Source: Pseudogymnoascus verrucosus
Taxonomy: Eukaryota
DNA: 64,000 bases
Strand: one strand, 5' to 3'
NCBI GenBank assembly: GCA_001662655.1
Contig: KV460210.1
Shown: in pieces, positions 1 through 11,569 of the stretch
How the letters are laid out: the number at the start of each line of letters is the position of its first letter
How positions within the stretch are numbered: position 1 is the first letter of the stretch
The notes under the pieces: model-generated
Seen by the model: the letters and a program-made list of their open reading frames with translations, nothing else
What the model was told of the DNA's origin: nothing
Databases searched by the model: none
Position numbers and translations under genes: made by a program

Positions 1-1341
1 ACTGCATACACTCTGCATACACACCTACAGTACCTGCATTGGCCTGTTTCTGCCACTCCTCGCTATAATTCCCATACTCGTCTCTATTGGCCCGTGCTGC
101 GTCTCAAGTCGCCCGTTCGGTCCATTCTGCCCTTTCTTCCTTCTTCCTTCGTCCTTCCGCCCACATCCGCCGCCCACACAGACCCAGTATACCCAGCCAG
201 CTAGACGCACACTACGGCGCTACTCTAGACTCTACACCCACTCTACACACCCACTCTACACACACCCTCTACACACACCCAGGCCAAGAGTTTGAACACG
301 CCCACCTAACACCCTACGCCCACCCACGCCCATGCCTGCACCCACACCCACACCACCTAAACCACGCCTAGCCATACTCACCACCACCACCACAATCCAC
401 ACCCACTCCCACCACCCACACACTTCTCTCCTTCCCCCCATCCCCCCGTCCGTCCCCCATCCCTCACACCCCCATCCTCAACCCTCACACCCCCCCTCCC
501 CTCCCCTCCCCTTCCCCCTTCTACCGCCCTTCCCTTTCCCCTTCCATCCAGCTGCTACCTAACCTAAACCCACCACCCACCGCCCACTGCCCACTGCCCA
601 CCACCCACCACCCACCACCCACCAACACCAACCTAACTACATCCACCCACTAAATCTACCCACACTCCACCAAACTTACTACCACCACCCACCAAAACCT
701 ACACGCCCACCTACCCACCTACCCTACTACCCTACCTACACTCCTCCTCCTACTCCTACTCCTCCTCCTTGACTCTCCCTCCTCCCATCATCGTCGTCTT
801 CACGTCGTCGCTGCTGCTGAACGAAAAATCTTCTTTTCCTCCTCGTTCTTCTATTTTCTTTTCATCGTTCAGCCATTACGGATACCTGTCACTCCTTTCA
901 GGTCCGATACTTTCATTCGGCTCAACAACCAGCTATTCCAATCTCGACTTTACAACTTCGAGACCACACTCATTTTCTGACCAACGACAAACGACAACAA
1001 CACACACAATCACACACCGGATCTTCATCCAACGCTAGTCCAACAACAACACGACAACCCCGCGCCTCGAGCACGATCCTACTTTCTATTTCCTGCCAGT
1101 TACAGCGAACCATTATATACCGAGTCGACACGCTCCTCTCATTCTCGACGTTCCTTACACACGATCCCGCCCGACCGGATCTCTCGATCGACACACACCG
1201 CCGCTCTCCGAACTTCGGCAAGTGCTCGACCACGACAACCACCACAACACGAACCCGCGAGTAAACCCGTGACCCTTTGTTTACCTGGCAGGCTGCATCC
1301 ACGACCCGGTCACCACCCGCTTCCCGGCGAGCTCAGACACC

Positions 1342-3206
1342 ATGTCGGAACATGGGGACAACGAGCCGAAAAAGATGGCCACGCCGTCCCCGTCTCCCTC
1401 CGCCTCCGCCTCAAACAGCAACTCTGCCTCGCGACGCCCGCCGCGGAAGAGCACTTTAACGCAGCAGCAGAAGAACCAGAAGAGACAGCGCGCGACACAG
1501 GACCAGCTGGCCACACTCGAGCAGGAGTTCCTCAAGAACCCGACGCCGACTGCGTCGGTGAGGGAACGGATCGCGGATGAAATCAACATGACGGAGCGCT
1601 CGGTGCAGATTTGGTTCCAGAACAGGTATGCTGAGAGCTAGACTCTTGACGCGACCGGTGTACTAATGAAGACGTGTAGACGTGCCAAGATCAAGTTGCT
1701 GGCCAAGAAGGGCATCGAGGGCGGTGAGGATATTGATAACATTCCGGAAGGCATGCGTCAGTACCTTGGCCTACAAACCATGGAGTCTGGCAGGCCTATG
1801 GGCGCAAACTTCATGGGGCGCGACGGACTTGTGTCTTATCGCGCAGGAGGCATGATGGGTGCTGACCAAGGCCCTCAGGGCAAAGTTCGTAAGTAAAACC
1901 CCTTCAATGTACGCGGTCCCCTTGCTAAGACCCTGAAGTCATCCACCATTTCCACTGTAGGTCCCTGCAAATTGGAACCTGGAAACGAATTGGCCAAACT
2001 ATGATGGACCTTATCATTTTCTACTCGCCCAAGAAGGAGTGCATGACGTACTATATCAACAACGACCAGGCTGGTTACAAGATCGAATACCCTTTCGCAT
2101 ACATCAAGAACATCTACCTGGAAAATGGCGATATCGACGGAGGAAGTCAAGGAGGACTAGTCGTGGAGCTTAACCGCCCCCCGCTGTTCTTCATGGATTG
2201 CTCTGGATCAGGAGGGTTTGTTGATGTTGGGGATTTCACAGAGGAGCACCAAGCTTCGCAAGTTTTAATACACAGGCTTGGAGGACACCCGAAGGTCTTG
2301 AGTGGACAACTAGCTAAGCTTGCCAACCTGGATTCTTTCATCAACCGCCACAACCCATTCGAGTCGCAGCACCAGTTGGCCGTTTCGGCGCCCAACTCTC
2401 CAATCGGACACCGCCCCGCATCCCAACCAAACTACAACGCGCAGGCACACGTCGGCATGTTCCAGGAGCAGTGGGGTATTGGCGTCCACCCCGGCGCGCG
2501 CGGACCAGGTCACAAACGCCAGAGGAGTAGATCCGTACCAACTGCGATCGATTTCTCCATGTTCAGCGCGCCCATGCCGTCCTTCCTCATCCAACACCCT
2601 GCCGAGCACCAGTCTCACCACAACCCCAACATCTTCGCGCCCATCCCGCAACAGCCAAACAACCTTACCCCGATGGGCTCGAACTTACGGATCGATACTT
2701 CGACGGGCTATGGCATGGATTTCAGACAATACCCCATGTCTGCCGCTACTACGACCCCGCCATCCGACTATGCAAGCCCGTCCTTCTACTCCCAAGGTCC
2801 CGAGACCGGTCCCCTCCCAGCATCCAGCTACAACACGCCCTACACCGTTCCATTCCTCTCCCCTATGGTCGACCCCTCCTCTATGGTGCCACCCTCTGTC
2901 TCGCCTCTCTCCTTCATGAGCCACGGCGACCCCGCCATCGTCGACCAATCACCCCCACTGTCCATGATGCACCGCTCCGGCTCCGCAGACGCCTACAACA
3001 TGAACCACGCCAGCCTCTCCGACGACGGTTCGGGTCTCAACGAGATGTACTCCAAACACTCCCTCACCCTTCCCATGCACCAGAACTCCCCGTCACCCGC
3101 CTACCTCGAGCAATCACAAGCGGATATGGAGATGAGCCAGCTCGTCGAGTTCGAACCCATGGACCCGGCCGGCCTATCCCCGGAACCGAACTCGGGTCAC
3201 AGATGA
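1342..3206 (+). CDS. Homeodomain transcription factor, Pho2/Bas2-like (3 exons; introns about 1626-1679 and 1889-1938)
   Basis: Homeobox [17 protein letters not shown]...[18 protein letters not shown] spans a GT-AG intron. Splicing joins the 1342, 1666 and 2001 ORFs in frame (…[23 protein letters not shown]…). Ser/Pro/Gln-rich C-terminus. Confidence 0.9.
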
Positions 3207-4014
3207 TGCCTTATGACACCCCACTGACGGCCTTGGGTTTCGCGGGTTGGTTACGATGCGGTGTTTTTTTCATACTTCTGGGGTCGGGATCGGAGTGCAT
3301 AAGATTGGAACGGGAGCGGATTTTCGTTGGCGTTTTGAAACGTTGGGTTTTGTGGGATTTAGGTCTTTAATGGGAGGGTTGTCGGAACGGGGACTTGGGG
3401 CTGTTGATACTCTTTTGCTTTTACGGCCGATGTTGTTGTTGTGTTTTTTTGCCGCGTTGTTGTGAGGGGTTGTTGTGTTCCCTCCACTCACGCACTTTTG
3501 TCGTTGTTGTTCTTGAATGAATCTCCTTGCTGTTGTTGTTTTGTGGTTACATTTTTTGCGCGTCGCGAGCTTTATACTGCGGTATTTCACGCGTCGTTGC
3601 TACTCTTTTACCTTTTACTTTAACACCCCCTTTTTTGTTCTGTCTGGCACAGCGTTTTTTATCTATCATATCATCATTTGTCCTTTTTTCTCAAAAACCC
3701 TACTCACCAACATCTTGTTTTGCGGTATGGGAATCTTCGAGCTTACGTTTTGTATTCTTGCTTGTTCTTTTGTTTTTTTTGTTCCCTTTGTTCAACACTA
3801 GTTTTTCTTGCGAGTTGCGTTGGTATGGCATTGTTTTGTTTTTTTCGAGCAGTACAGTGCGGTTGTGCAGTTGTGCAGTCTTCGAGCAATACGCGGAGAG
3901 AGTGCATTTATATATACCCTTTCTGTATGGAAGACCGCGGGGATGGGAGTGGGGGTGGTGGTGGTGGATGATTTTACTGAAGTTGGCGAAGTGGAGGAAG
4001 TGATCAACCACTTT

Positions 4015-4032
4015 GAGAGAGAGAGAGAGAGA
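4015..4032. repeat. (GA)n microsatellite
   Basis: Direct reading of a GA run. Confidence 0.9.
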
Positions 4033-4569
4033 GGAGAGCTGGGACCGCAAGGGTCGCGGTGGACGGACGGATGGTGATCGTAAAGACGCCGGATGTCTCG
4101 CCCGTCGCGGGCCCCCTGTGGTGCCTAGGGGAGATATTAACGTGGACGGGTGATCTTTTATCTTTGAAACCGACTTTTTTTTTTGTTCACCTTTTTTTTT
4201 TGGGCAAGGGAGGTCTTATGTATGTCCTTTTAGGTGGAGCAGTCCATCCACGGAGTGTGACTGGGGAAGGCTGGAGGCTGAGGAATGGGACGAGTGGAGG
4301 GATAGGGGGAAGGAAAGGACGACGGACGGACCGACGGACGGTGGGGTAGTGTTCGTAATTAACGTACTTGTATATCGGTCGGCTGAGCCGATGGATGGGA
4401 ATTCATACACATCTACACCCGATTTGTGCCTTAACTCTTGTGTGCTGTGAGATGATACCTTGCTTAGTGATATGTCTGCACGTACTATATATAAAGTTGA
4501 GGGAGTTAAACTCTTTCCCCCCTCCGCCTATACTGTCCACTACATCATATAAAACCTAGGCATTTCGCC

Positions 4570-5242
4570 CCTATAAGGAAGGAACGAAAAATAAAGAATA
4601 TGGCTACCCACGGTCGTTCCTTCCCTATATAGTCGATCGCCCCTTCCTCGCATAGTCGGTCGTTCCTTCCCTTAGTAAACGTAAAACCCAAGAGCAGGAA
4701 AGACCGTTCCTTCTCTCTGGAGTCGGTCGTTCCTTCCCTTATAACTATAAAGCCCAAGGTTAAGAAGGAACGGTCCTTCCACCTGACGCTGGTCGTTCCT
4801 TCCACCTGACGCTGGTCGTTCCTTCCTCTCTGGAGCCGGTCGCCCCTGCCTTTTAAATGAAAACCCCTCTAGGAAGGAAGGACCGGTCCTTCCATCTTGA
4901 GTCGATTGCTCTTTCCTTTGAAGTGGGTCGTTCTTTTCGTTCTTTCCCTTATAACTATAAAACACCTGGGAAGAAAGGAGCGCTCCTTCCTTCTAGAGCT
5001 GGTCGTTCTTTCCCTAAAAACTGTAAAAATCTAGGAGGGAAAGAGCGTTCCTTCGCTCTAGAGTCGATCGTTCCTTTCTTTCCTTTGGAGTCAATCGCTC
5101 CTTCCTTATAAATGTAAAGCCCCCCAAGAAGGAAAGAACGCTCCTTCCCTCTTGAGTCAATCGCTCTTTCCTTCTGGAGTCGGTCGTTCCTTCCCTATTT
5201 AAAGGGTCGTTCCTTCCTTCAAAAGTTTGTCGTTCCTTCCTA
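4570..5242. repeat. Degenerate satellite built from a ~22-bp unit (consensus ~AGTCGGTCGTTCCTTCCCTCTGG) interspersed with an A-rich ~30-bp linker
   Basis: GGTCGTTCCTTCC / GATCGCTCCTTCC variants recur many times. Linkers resemble ATAACTATAAAACCC..AAGAAGGAA. One exact tandem duplication (TCCTTCCACCTGACGCTGGTCGT) lies at about 4774-4826. Confidence 0.85.
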
Positions 5243-5359
5243 TATTAACAGATCGTGCCTCGCCGCCCATAACTTGCCTGCAACTCAGGAGCTATGGTGG
5301 ATACCACATAGAGGTGCGGCATCTTCCCATCAGCCATACATAAATGATATGAATCTTCA

Positions 5360-5574
5360 GTGTATGCAGCCAGTCTACGTATCTGATTAGCATGGAGGAC
5401 CGGACGCGGTTCACGGCTGCGCTGTCGGAGTTTATGATTCAGGCGACACAGAAAATGGAGCCGGGTGCGTTTGATGTTGTGGAGAGGTGTGAGGGGGCGA
5501 GGCATTGTGTGATGGTTGGTGAGTCGGAGTGGTCGGCGGGGGCGTTGAGGAGGGCGGCGGGAGAGGTGGTGTAG
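5360..5574 (+). pseudogene. Probable C-terminal relic of an alpha/beta-hydrolase
   Basis: The frame from 5374 reads STYLISMEDRT…FDVVERCEGARHCVMVGESEWSAGALRRAAGEVV*, resembling the acid/His-bearing C-terminus of fungal alpha/beta hydrolases. VYAA just upstream is out of frame and no N-terminal part is visible before the satellite. Family recognised from memory only. Confidence 0.45.
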
Positions 5575-5689
5575 GGTGTGGTGTGTGCGTGGTTGCTGTT
5601 GAGGAGGTGCACGGCGTGACAGTAGGTGGTATATAGCTCATATAACTCACATATAGTGTGTTCGAATTTTTGTAGAAGCCGAGTAAGTC

Positions 5690-6835
5690 CTACACATCAC
5701 TATAGAGGATGAGTTTCCCCTCACTCCCATCCCAAACTTCCATCCAGACCCAGGCCCTACCCGCCTCTCCCCAGAGCAATCCAAATGGGTCCGCATCCTT
5801 CTCAAATACCCCATCCGAAACGCCCTGCGCGACCTTCTCAGGCGTTGCAAGACGAAGGAAGTGCTCCTTCTGCGGTGCCTCAAGAACCAAGGCATTGCCT
5901 GTGATACCGTGACAGATATTGGGCTCTTTCGTCAGGAGACCCCTCTCCCACGTCACCTTCCTCCCAAGCGCAATGGCCTTATCAATCTTCTCATGCAGTG
6001 CCGGAAAATACTGTCTAATAGGCAAGAGCGAGATGAGGACGCCCGGCGCACCGTGGCAGAACTGCACAAGCCCTATCTCTTTCCCTTCAATAACTGGCCA
6101 GTTGCCCTCGTCTCCCTGTAGCTCCAGGATTTCTAGGAGATTGCTTTCCAGCTTAGGTGCGTAGGACGGGTCACTCAGTACGATCTGGGTCAGGATTCCA
6201 ATATCGCCGTGCACTGCCCCTATATATTTCCTATCGCTCCAGCTCCACGGCTGCTGGGGGAGGATCTCGTCGATTAGCAACGTTATAACCTCGTTCACGG
6301 CTGTGGCTAGATTAGGAAGCCACTTTCGAATTATGCGCAGAATATAGAGCGCCCCTGCGCGGCCCTTCATCCACTCGCAGTAAGTTGGATCTGTTTCCAG
6401 ACTGCGGAGAGCAGATATCACTTCCATTGCACGACTCTCATCTTGGTAGAGACACGCCTTGATAGCATTTGAAGTTAGAAACTCGTTAGTAATCCCACAG
6501 CTTTCCTCCAGCAGGGGAGGCACAGAGTCCTGTCCTAGCTCGATGTAGGCCTTGCACCAATCCACCGGTAGCTTGCCCTCAATCTCCAAATCGGGGTGTT
6601 TGGTGGAGAGGGTCCAGAAGAAGTAGGCTATGGCTGTGGGACCGACAAATAAGCCGCGGTGGACGTGGCCGCGGAAGAGCGATGCCCAGGGCAGCTTGGG
6701 TGGACAGTCTCGAATTATCCGGGATGCTGACTGGATGAGATATACCTTTGGGTCTCCCAATCGGAGCAGTGTCGTTGCATCATTCTCGAAGAACCGCTTG
6801 TTTTCTGAGAGTATTGCGGATGGATCAATAGCCAT
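5690..6835 (-). CDS. Lanthionine synthetase C-like (LanCL) protein, intronless, 381 aa
   Basis: LanC motifs GRAG, YIGAVHGDIG, QFCHGAPG and WERGLLTKEPNICHGITGN. The Cys/Cys/His zinc ligands and the catalytic-type His appear intact. Confidence 0.9.
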   Translation of the reverse strand: MAIDPSAILSENKRFFENDATTLLRLGDPKVYLIQSASRIIRDCPPKLPWASLFRGHVHRGLFVGPTAIAYFFWTLSTKHPDLEIEGKLPVDWCKAYIELGQDSVPPLLEESCGITNEFLTSNAIKACLYQDESRAMEVISALRSLETDPTYCEWMKGRAGALYILRIIRKWLPNLATAVNEVITLLIDEILPQQPWSWSDRKYIGAVHGDIGILTQIVLSDPSYAPKLESNLLEILELQGDEGNWPVIEGKEIGLVQFCHGAPGVLISLLPIRQYFPALHEKIDKAIALGRKVTWERGLLTKEPNICHGITGNALVLEAPQKEHFLRLATPEKVAQGVSDGVFEKDADPFGLLWGEAGRAWVWMEVWDGSEGKLILYSDV

Positions 6836-7500
6836 GGTGGTTTTAGTAGCAAAGTGTCAATGGGATAAGCTTTTTAGATTCACGGCACTAAGATGTATAT
6901 TGCTATGATGAACCTACAATATAGGGTCCAACGATGGTCATATGAGGGGTCGATCGTATGTTGGGATCATCTTAGCGTTGTGTTACGAAGATGTGAGTGT
7001 TATGTAAGCAGTAAGCAAGATGACTTCCCAGATATCCAAAGGCACTGTCGCATCGTTGATTAGAATATTTAGTCTTTCAAATGCGCTTTGCCAATAGGCA
7101 TAGCATGGTCATATTTTACATCCAGATAGATATACATTATGAAGACCCATATATTACACGTCCCCGAACCGGAGTTTGAAAACCCCTGCCCCATAATCTA
7201 TCCCCGTAACGCCCCATAGCACCCACACGTCGAACCGATGATCATCTATCCAAGATAGGACGCAATGTGTCCATGACGAGGCATCAGATGAACGCCAACT
7301 GGTTCAAGTTGTGTAGTTCTGCGGCAACGATCATGTGCTGCATGTGCGATATCTATATTGTACAATTCTTTGCTGCTGGTTGTGCTTTAGTGGCGGGAAG
7401 CAACTATATTTCGTGTAATCATTAATATGCCGTCGTTGGGAAGGTAGACGACGGCTTTCTCGAGGTAGCTCTAGAAGGGCGATTCTGTCCGGCCGGATAT

Positions 7501-7692
7501 TCGACGAGGAAGTTGCGCAGAACGCTCCTTCCAGTCTGATCGAATACTCGACGAGGAAGTTATGTAGAACGACCCTTCCATATCTGGCCGAGCACTTGAC
7601 GAGGAAGTTACGCAGCAACGCTCCTTCCCTGTCTGCCCGAGAACTCGGCGAGGAAGTTACGAAGAACGCTCCTTCCCTGTCCGATCAAGACT
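7501..7692. repeat. Minisatellite, four copies of a 47-49 bp unit (TCGACGAGGAAGTTRCGCAGAACGCTCCTTCC…)
   Basis: Unit starts at 7501, 7548, 7596 and 7645. Confidence 0.9.
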
Positions 7693-7752
7693 CAACCACG
7701 AGACCTCAGCAGGCAGGCTAAGCACTCTCGTAGCCCCTCACAACAACCGCAC

Positions 7753-9108
7753 TCATCCAAGCTGTCCCGAAACCTTCATATGCTCAAACTTCAACGCCTC
7801 GCTATCATGCAATTCGAATCCAAAATTCCACAACCCCCTCGCAGCTCCAATGCTGTACCTCTCACTGGGTTTATCCGGCTCACCGAACACCTGCTTCATC
7901 GTCTTCCTCCCAATATGCTGAATAACACTCGGCGTCAGCGCCCACCTCTCAAAATCCTCTTCGATCGCCCACGTCTCAACCGCCACATCCGCCGGACCGG
8001 GCGGCACGGACTCCAACCTCGCCACGAGCTTCGGCATGATGTCCTGCGAGAACACGAGGCCCTGCGCGCAGCAGCCGTAGTTGTTCATGAGGCTCACTCC
8101 TGGTGGTAGCGGTTGCATGCTGACGCGCCCAGCGAGGAAGTAGAGTATGATGCTGGCGGGGACGAAGCCGAGGCAGATCGTCGCGATGAAGGAGTTTGTG
8201 AGGTTCTTGCGCGCGGAGGGGGCGCGGTTGCGGATGATAAGGGCGAGGAGCGCGGGGATCGTCGCGAAGAAGATGCTCCATGCCAGGTATGTGGGCCACT
8301 CTTCCGAGTTCCATCCCAGGAACTTCTCGGTGTAGAAGAGGCGCAGGTAGACCCATGTCTTGTTCTCATCGTGCTTCTCCTTCACCTCCTCGAGGGCGCG
8401 GAGCGTGTGGTGGTACCACCCGTCTTGTGCCAGGACATCGTCTTCGACCATGGCGATCCAGGTTGCTCCAGTTTGGCGGCAGTGGTCGATCAGGTAGAGG
8501 AAGTCGAACATGAGTTTTTCGTTGAACTTGCGCTCCTTCTCCAGTTCCTTCAGGTGAGCCATCTGGGAATCAGAGACATTGTAGCTGAGCGGCGCGTCGA
8601 GCAGTCCAGACAGCCACGGCGCATTGAATAAGGGGTGGTCGGAGGGATTCGTGTGTGCGAACAAGACCGCGAAGTGAATGCTGTTCCGCTCCTCTGGTGT
8701 CAGATCCCGCACCAGCGATCCGACGGCTACCTGTACATATTGGTCTTCGGGCCTCTTCACACTCGACATGCCAATGCAGAGGGTGGGTTTATGGGCGGCA
8801 TCGGTGCCGCCAAGGGTGTTTCGTGGCGGGCTCGGCGAGGTCGCCTCGGCAATGAGGAACTCGTTCACCTGCGATTGGCGCACGACGCTGTAGAAAGGGC
8901 GGTATCCCTCTATGGGGTCGAAGAAGAAGGAGCCAGGGTCGCGGTAGAATGTCTGGTGGCAGTAGACGATGGCGGCGAGGAAGAGCAGCGACAGGGCAGT
9001 GAAGGCGTTGATGTGCCACCGCGTGAAGGGGGAGTGATGCCTCACCGTCAGCCCGCCATTGGCGACGCGTGAGTACCCGCCGGATAAGAGCCCGCGGCCC
9101 CAGAACAT
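7753..9108 (-). CDS. Membrane-bound GT-A-fold glycosyltransferase-like protein (PGAP4/TMEM246-like architecture)
   Basis: ATG at 9108 (MFWGRG). N-terminal TM segment followed by RDPGSFFFDP, an acidic MVEDDV motif, YLRLFYTEKFLGW, two internal TM helices, then GCCAQGLVF and QHIG. Confidence 0.7.
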   Translation of the reverse strand: MFWGRGLLSGGYSRVANGGLTVRHHSPFTRWHINAFTALSLLFLAAIVYCHQTFYRDPGSFFFDPIEGYRPFYSVVRQSQVNEFLIAEATSPSPPRNTLGGTDAAHKPTLCIGMSSVKRPEDQYVQVAVGSLVRDLTPEERNSIHFAVLFAHTNPSDHPLFNAPWLSGLLDAPLSYNVSDSQMAHLKELEKERKFNEKLMFDFLYLIDHCRQTGATWIAMVEDDVLAQDGWYHHTLRALEEVKEKHDENKTWVYLRLFYTEKFLGWNSEEWPTYLAWSIFFATIPALLALIIRNRAPSARKNLTNSFIATICLGFVPASIILYFLAGRVSMQPLPPGVSLMNNYGCCAQGLVFSQDIMPKLVARLESVPPGPADVAVETWAIEEDFERWALTPSVIQHIGRKTMKQVFGEPDKPSERYSIGAARGLWNFGFELHDSEALKFEHMKVSGQLG

Positions 9109-9862
9109 AGCTGCGAAAGAGTTGATGTCTGGTTCTGGGATCTGGATATAATATCTTAGGGGCAAGGCAAGATTACTGAGGCCAAGAATTTAAAGGTGTC
9201 GCGCGCGGCCCAGCGTATACGAGTAGGTAAGCAGCGACACTAATCAACTACCTACCACCACCCCTTGGGTTGGTGCAACAGCCTTGTCTTTCATTTGGAA
9301 CAGCGCCGAGCTACTTCCAAGGTAATTCCCCCAAAGAGGCAAATAAGAGTACTTGGCATGACTCTTTGGCACTCTTCCATTCGCTCACACCCCAGCATAG
9401 CTACGATTAAGTGGGCCTGGCTAATTATACACTGGTTATACATAATATAGCTCATTTTTGGCCGAATCTGGTAATTCTGTAAATTGAGAAGAGAGACATT
9501 TCTAATCTGTCACGTCTCGTCCCGACTTCAGTGTTCAAGATACCCATCATTTTTGTTGATCACCGACGGTCGGCCCCCGCAGTTTTCTGCTTTGTCAGGT
9601 GCAGATCCTGATTTGGGGGTTAAGGGGTCCATCACGGGACCACGCCGTTGACGGGCCAGGCACAGATTACACAGATGATGGTATCCAGAATGAACTCATT
9701 CGCATTCCAGCGTCCGTCCCTATATCTATAACTATATAAATTTCGCAATCATGGATATCATAAATCTCGACAAAACGCCCCTCCTCCATCCAGCCCACGC
9801 TAGTAATCAATCACTCATAGATCCTTTCATCCTCGTACATCCTGTCCCATCGAGGCCATTTT

Positions 9863-11569
9863 TCAGAAATACACACTGCGCTTCTTCTTGACCTTCTGCC
9901 TCCCTCCCTCCCCTTCAATTCCTATCCCAAGCAGTCTGCTCACACTCCCACTGCTACTCCCATGCGTCTGCGGATGGGACGTCCCCGAAGTGCTTCTTTT
10001 ATTCTTCGTCGGCGGCGGAGCGGGAGCATTTGGACCAGACCACCACTAATCTCATTAGTTCCCGTCACCACGTAGTTTCATAAGAAAACGAGATGCCCTT
10101 ACGTTATTCAAGGTCTGTGATGAAAACGGCCCCGTCTGCGCCGCATTAGCGCTCACTGGGCGCTGCACGGGCGAAGGCTGGGAGTGCGGCGCTGAGAAGT
10201 GCTGTGGGAGCTGCTGCATCGGTTGCGCTTGGTTATACAGATTCTGTCGATTCTGTTGCCCGCTGGTATAGCCCTGCGGCCGTGGAGGCATCGCAGGCCC
10301 CTGTATATATGAAACCGGGCGTGCTGGAAGCGGAGGTGCGAAGTGAACACTCGGCCTAGGACCGCCTTCGTCGCGCACGGGAGCAACGCCGTATTGCTTG
10401 CGCAAGCGCTCAGTCTCTTTTGCGACCTCTGCATCTCGGCGCGCCTGCTCTTTAGCTTCAACCTCGAGCATCTTCTTGATGCGCTTCTGCTCCTCGCGGT
10501 CGCGGCGGTCTCGCTCCTTCTGCTCGTCTCTGCTGCGGCGGTCGCGATCGCGCTCTTCAGACTCGACTTGTGCGCGTAGGCGGGCGGTTTCTTGGTCGAT
10601 TTGCCATTGATCCAGAGGGCTCATGGAGGGGTTGTTGGAGGGAGGTGCGGCTTGAGTGCGTTGCGGGGGTGGGGCGTTGGATATTGGTGGTGGGAGGGAG
10701 TATGCGCCGAGGGCGGGGATGGGTGCTGCGGTTTGCCTTGCGCCGCTCATCACGGGTCCGGGTGCGGGTCCGCTGAATTTGCGGACTGGGGCGGCGACGG
10801 CTGGGGCGGCGACAGTGCCGATGTTGAACATTTCCTTTGAGGCTTCGAAGAAGATATCTTTTATGACAGTTGCGCCCAGTAGAATCACAACCTCGAGACC
10901 CTTCGTATCTTCGACATCCACGCGGTGCATGTTCGGCTCGTACATCGTCATCTCCTTGCCCTTCCTGAACATTGCAATAGTGATATCCGGCTCCTTGCTC
11001 TTCTTCCCATTTGTCGACTTCCCCGCCATGAAACAAGTAATATCCCTCGACAACTTCCCATCCTTCTTCCACTTAAACGTCACCTTAGGCGTCGCAATCG
11101 ACGCCGCAGGATCATCCTGCTCCCTATCCAGCGACGACGCCGACGGCAACCTAAACGTCTGCTGCGGCATCTCAAACTCCCAATACGCCGACGAATTCCA
11201 CGACCCCGCGATCTGCTTCACAGCCACCTGCTGATCGGGGTTATACAACTGTATCGTGAAGCTATTAGGCACGATCGGCACCGGCGGCGGGGTGAGCCCG
11301 TTATTCGCGCGGATCTCGGCCTGCGAGAGCGTCGGCTGCGTCCATTCTGGCTGCACGAGGACTTCGGCGTACAGCACGTCCGGGTTGTGCGAGTCGTAGA
11401 GGGCGACGGCGTAGCAGTTTCGCGCTTCGGGGGTTTGCTTGGGGTCGGGGCGGCGGAGGGTGTATTCGGGACTGAGTTCCTGGCCGCCTTGGCCTAGGTA
11501 GATTGTGCTTCGGAGGGGGTCGTCGGGGTTGGGCTTCATGAAGAAGGCGGGGAGGTTTTCGTCGAGCAT
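9863..11569 (-). CDS. Conserved fungal protein of unknown function (N-terminal globular domain, coiled coil, Pro/Gln-rich tail)
   Basis: 504-codon ORF starting MLDENLPAFF. A probable intron at about 10046-10102 (GTAAGG…CTAAT…TAG) leads to a last exon ending KVKKKRSVYF* at 9863. Confidence 0.75.

Noticed and set aside
300..740. Telomeric repeat tract
   Set aside because: Only isolated CCTAAC-like words occur; there is no tandem (CCCTAA)n array.
3247..4560. Several hydrophobic Phe/Leu/Cys-rich ORFs
   Set aside because: They arise from T-rich low-complexity 3' UTR or intergenic sequence downstream of the homeobox gene.
4570..7692. CRISPR-like array
   Set aside because: Eukaryotic context, degenerate units without unique spacers of constant length, and no cas genes.
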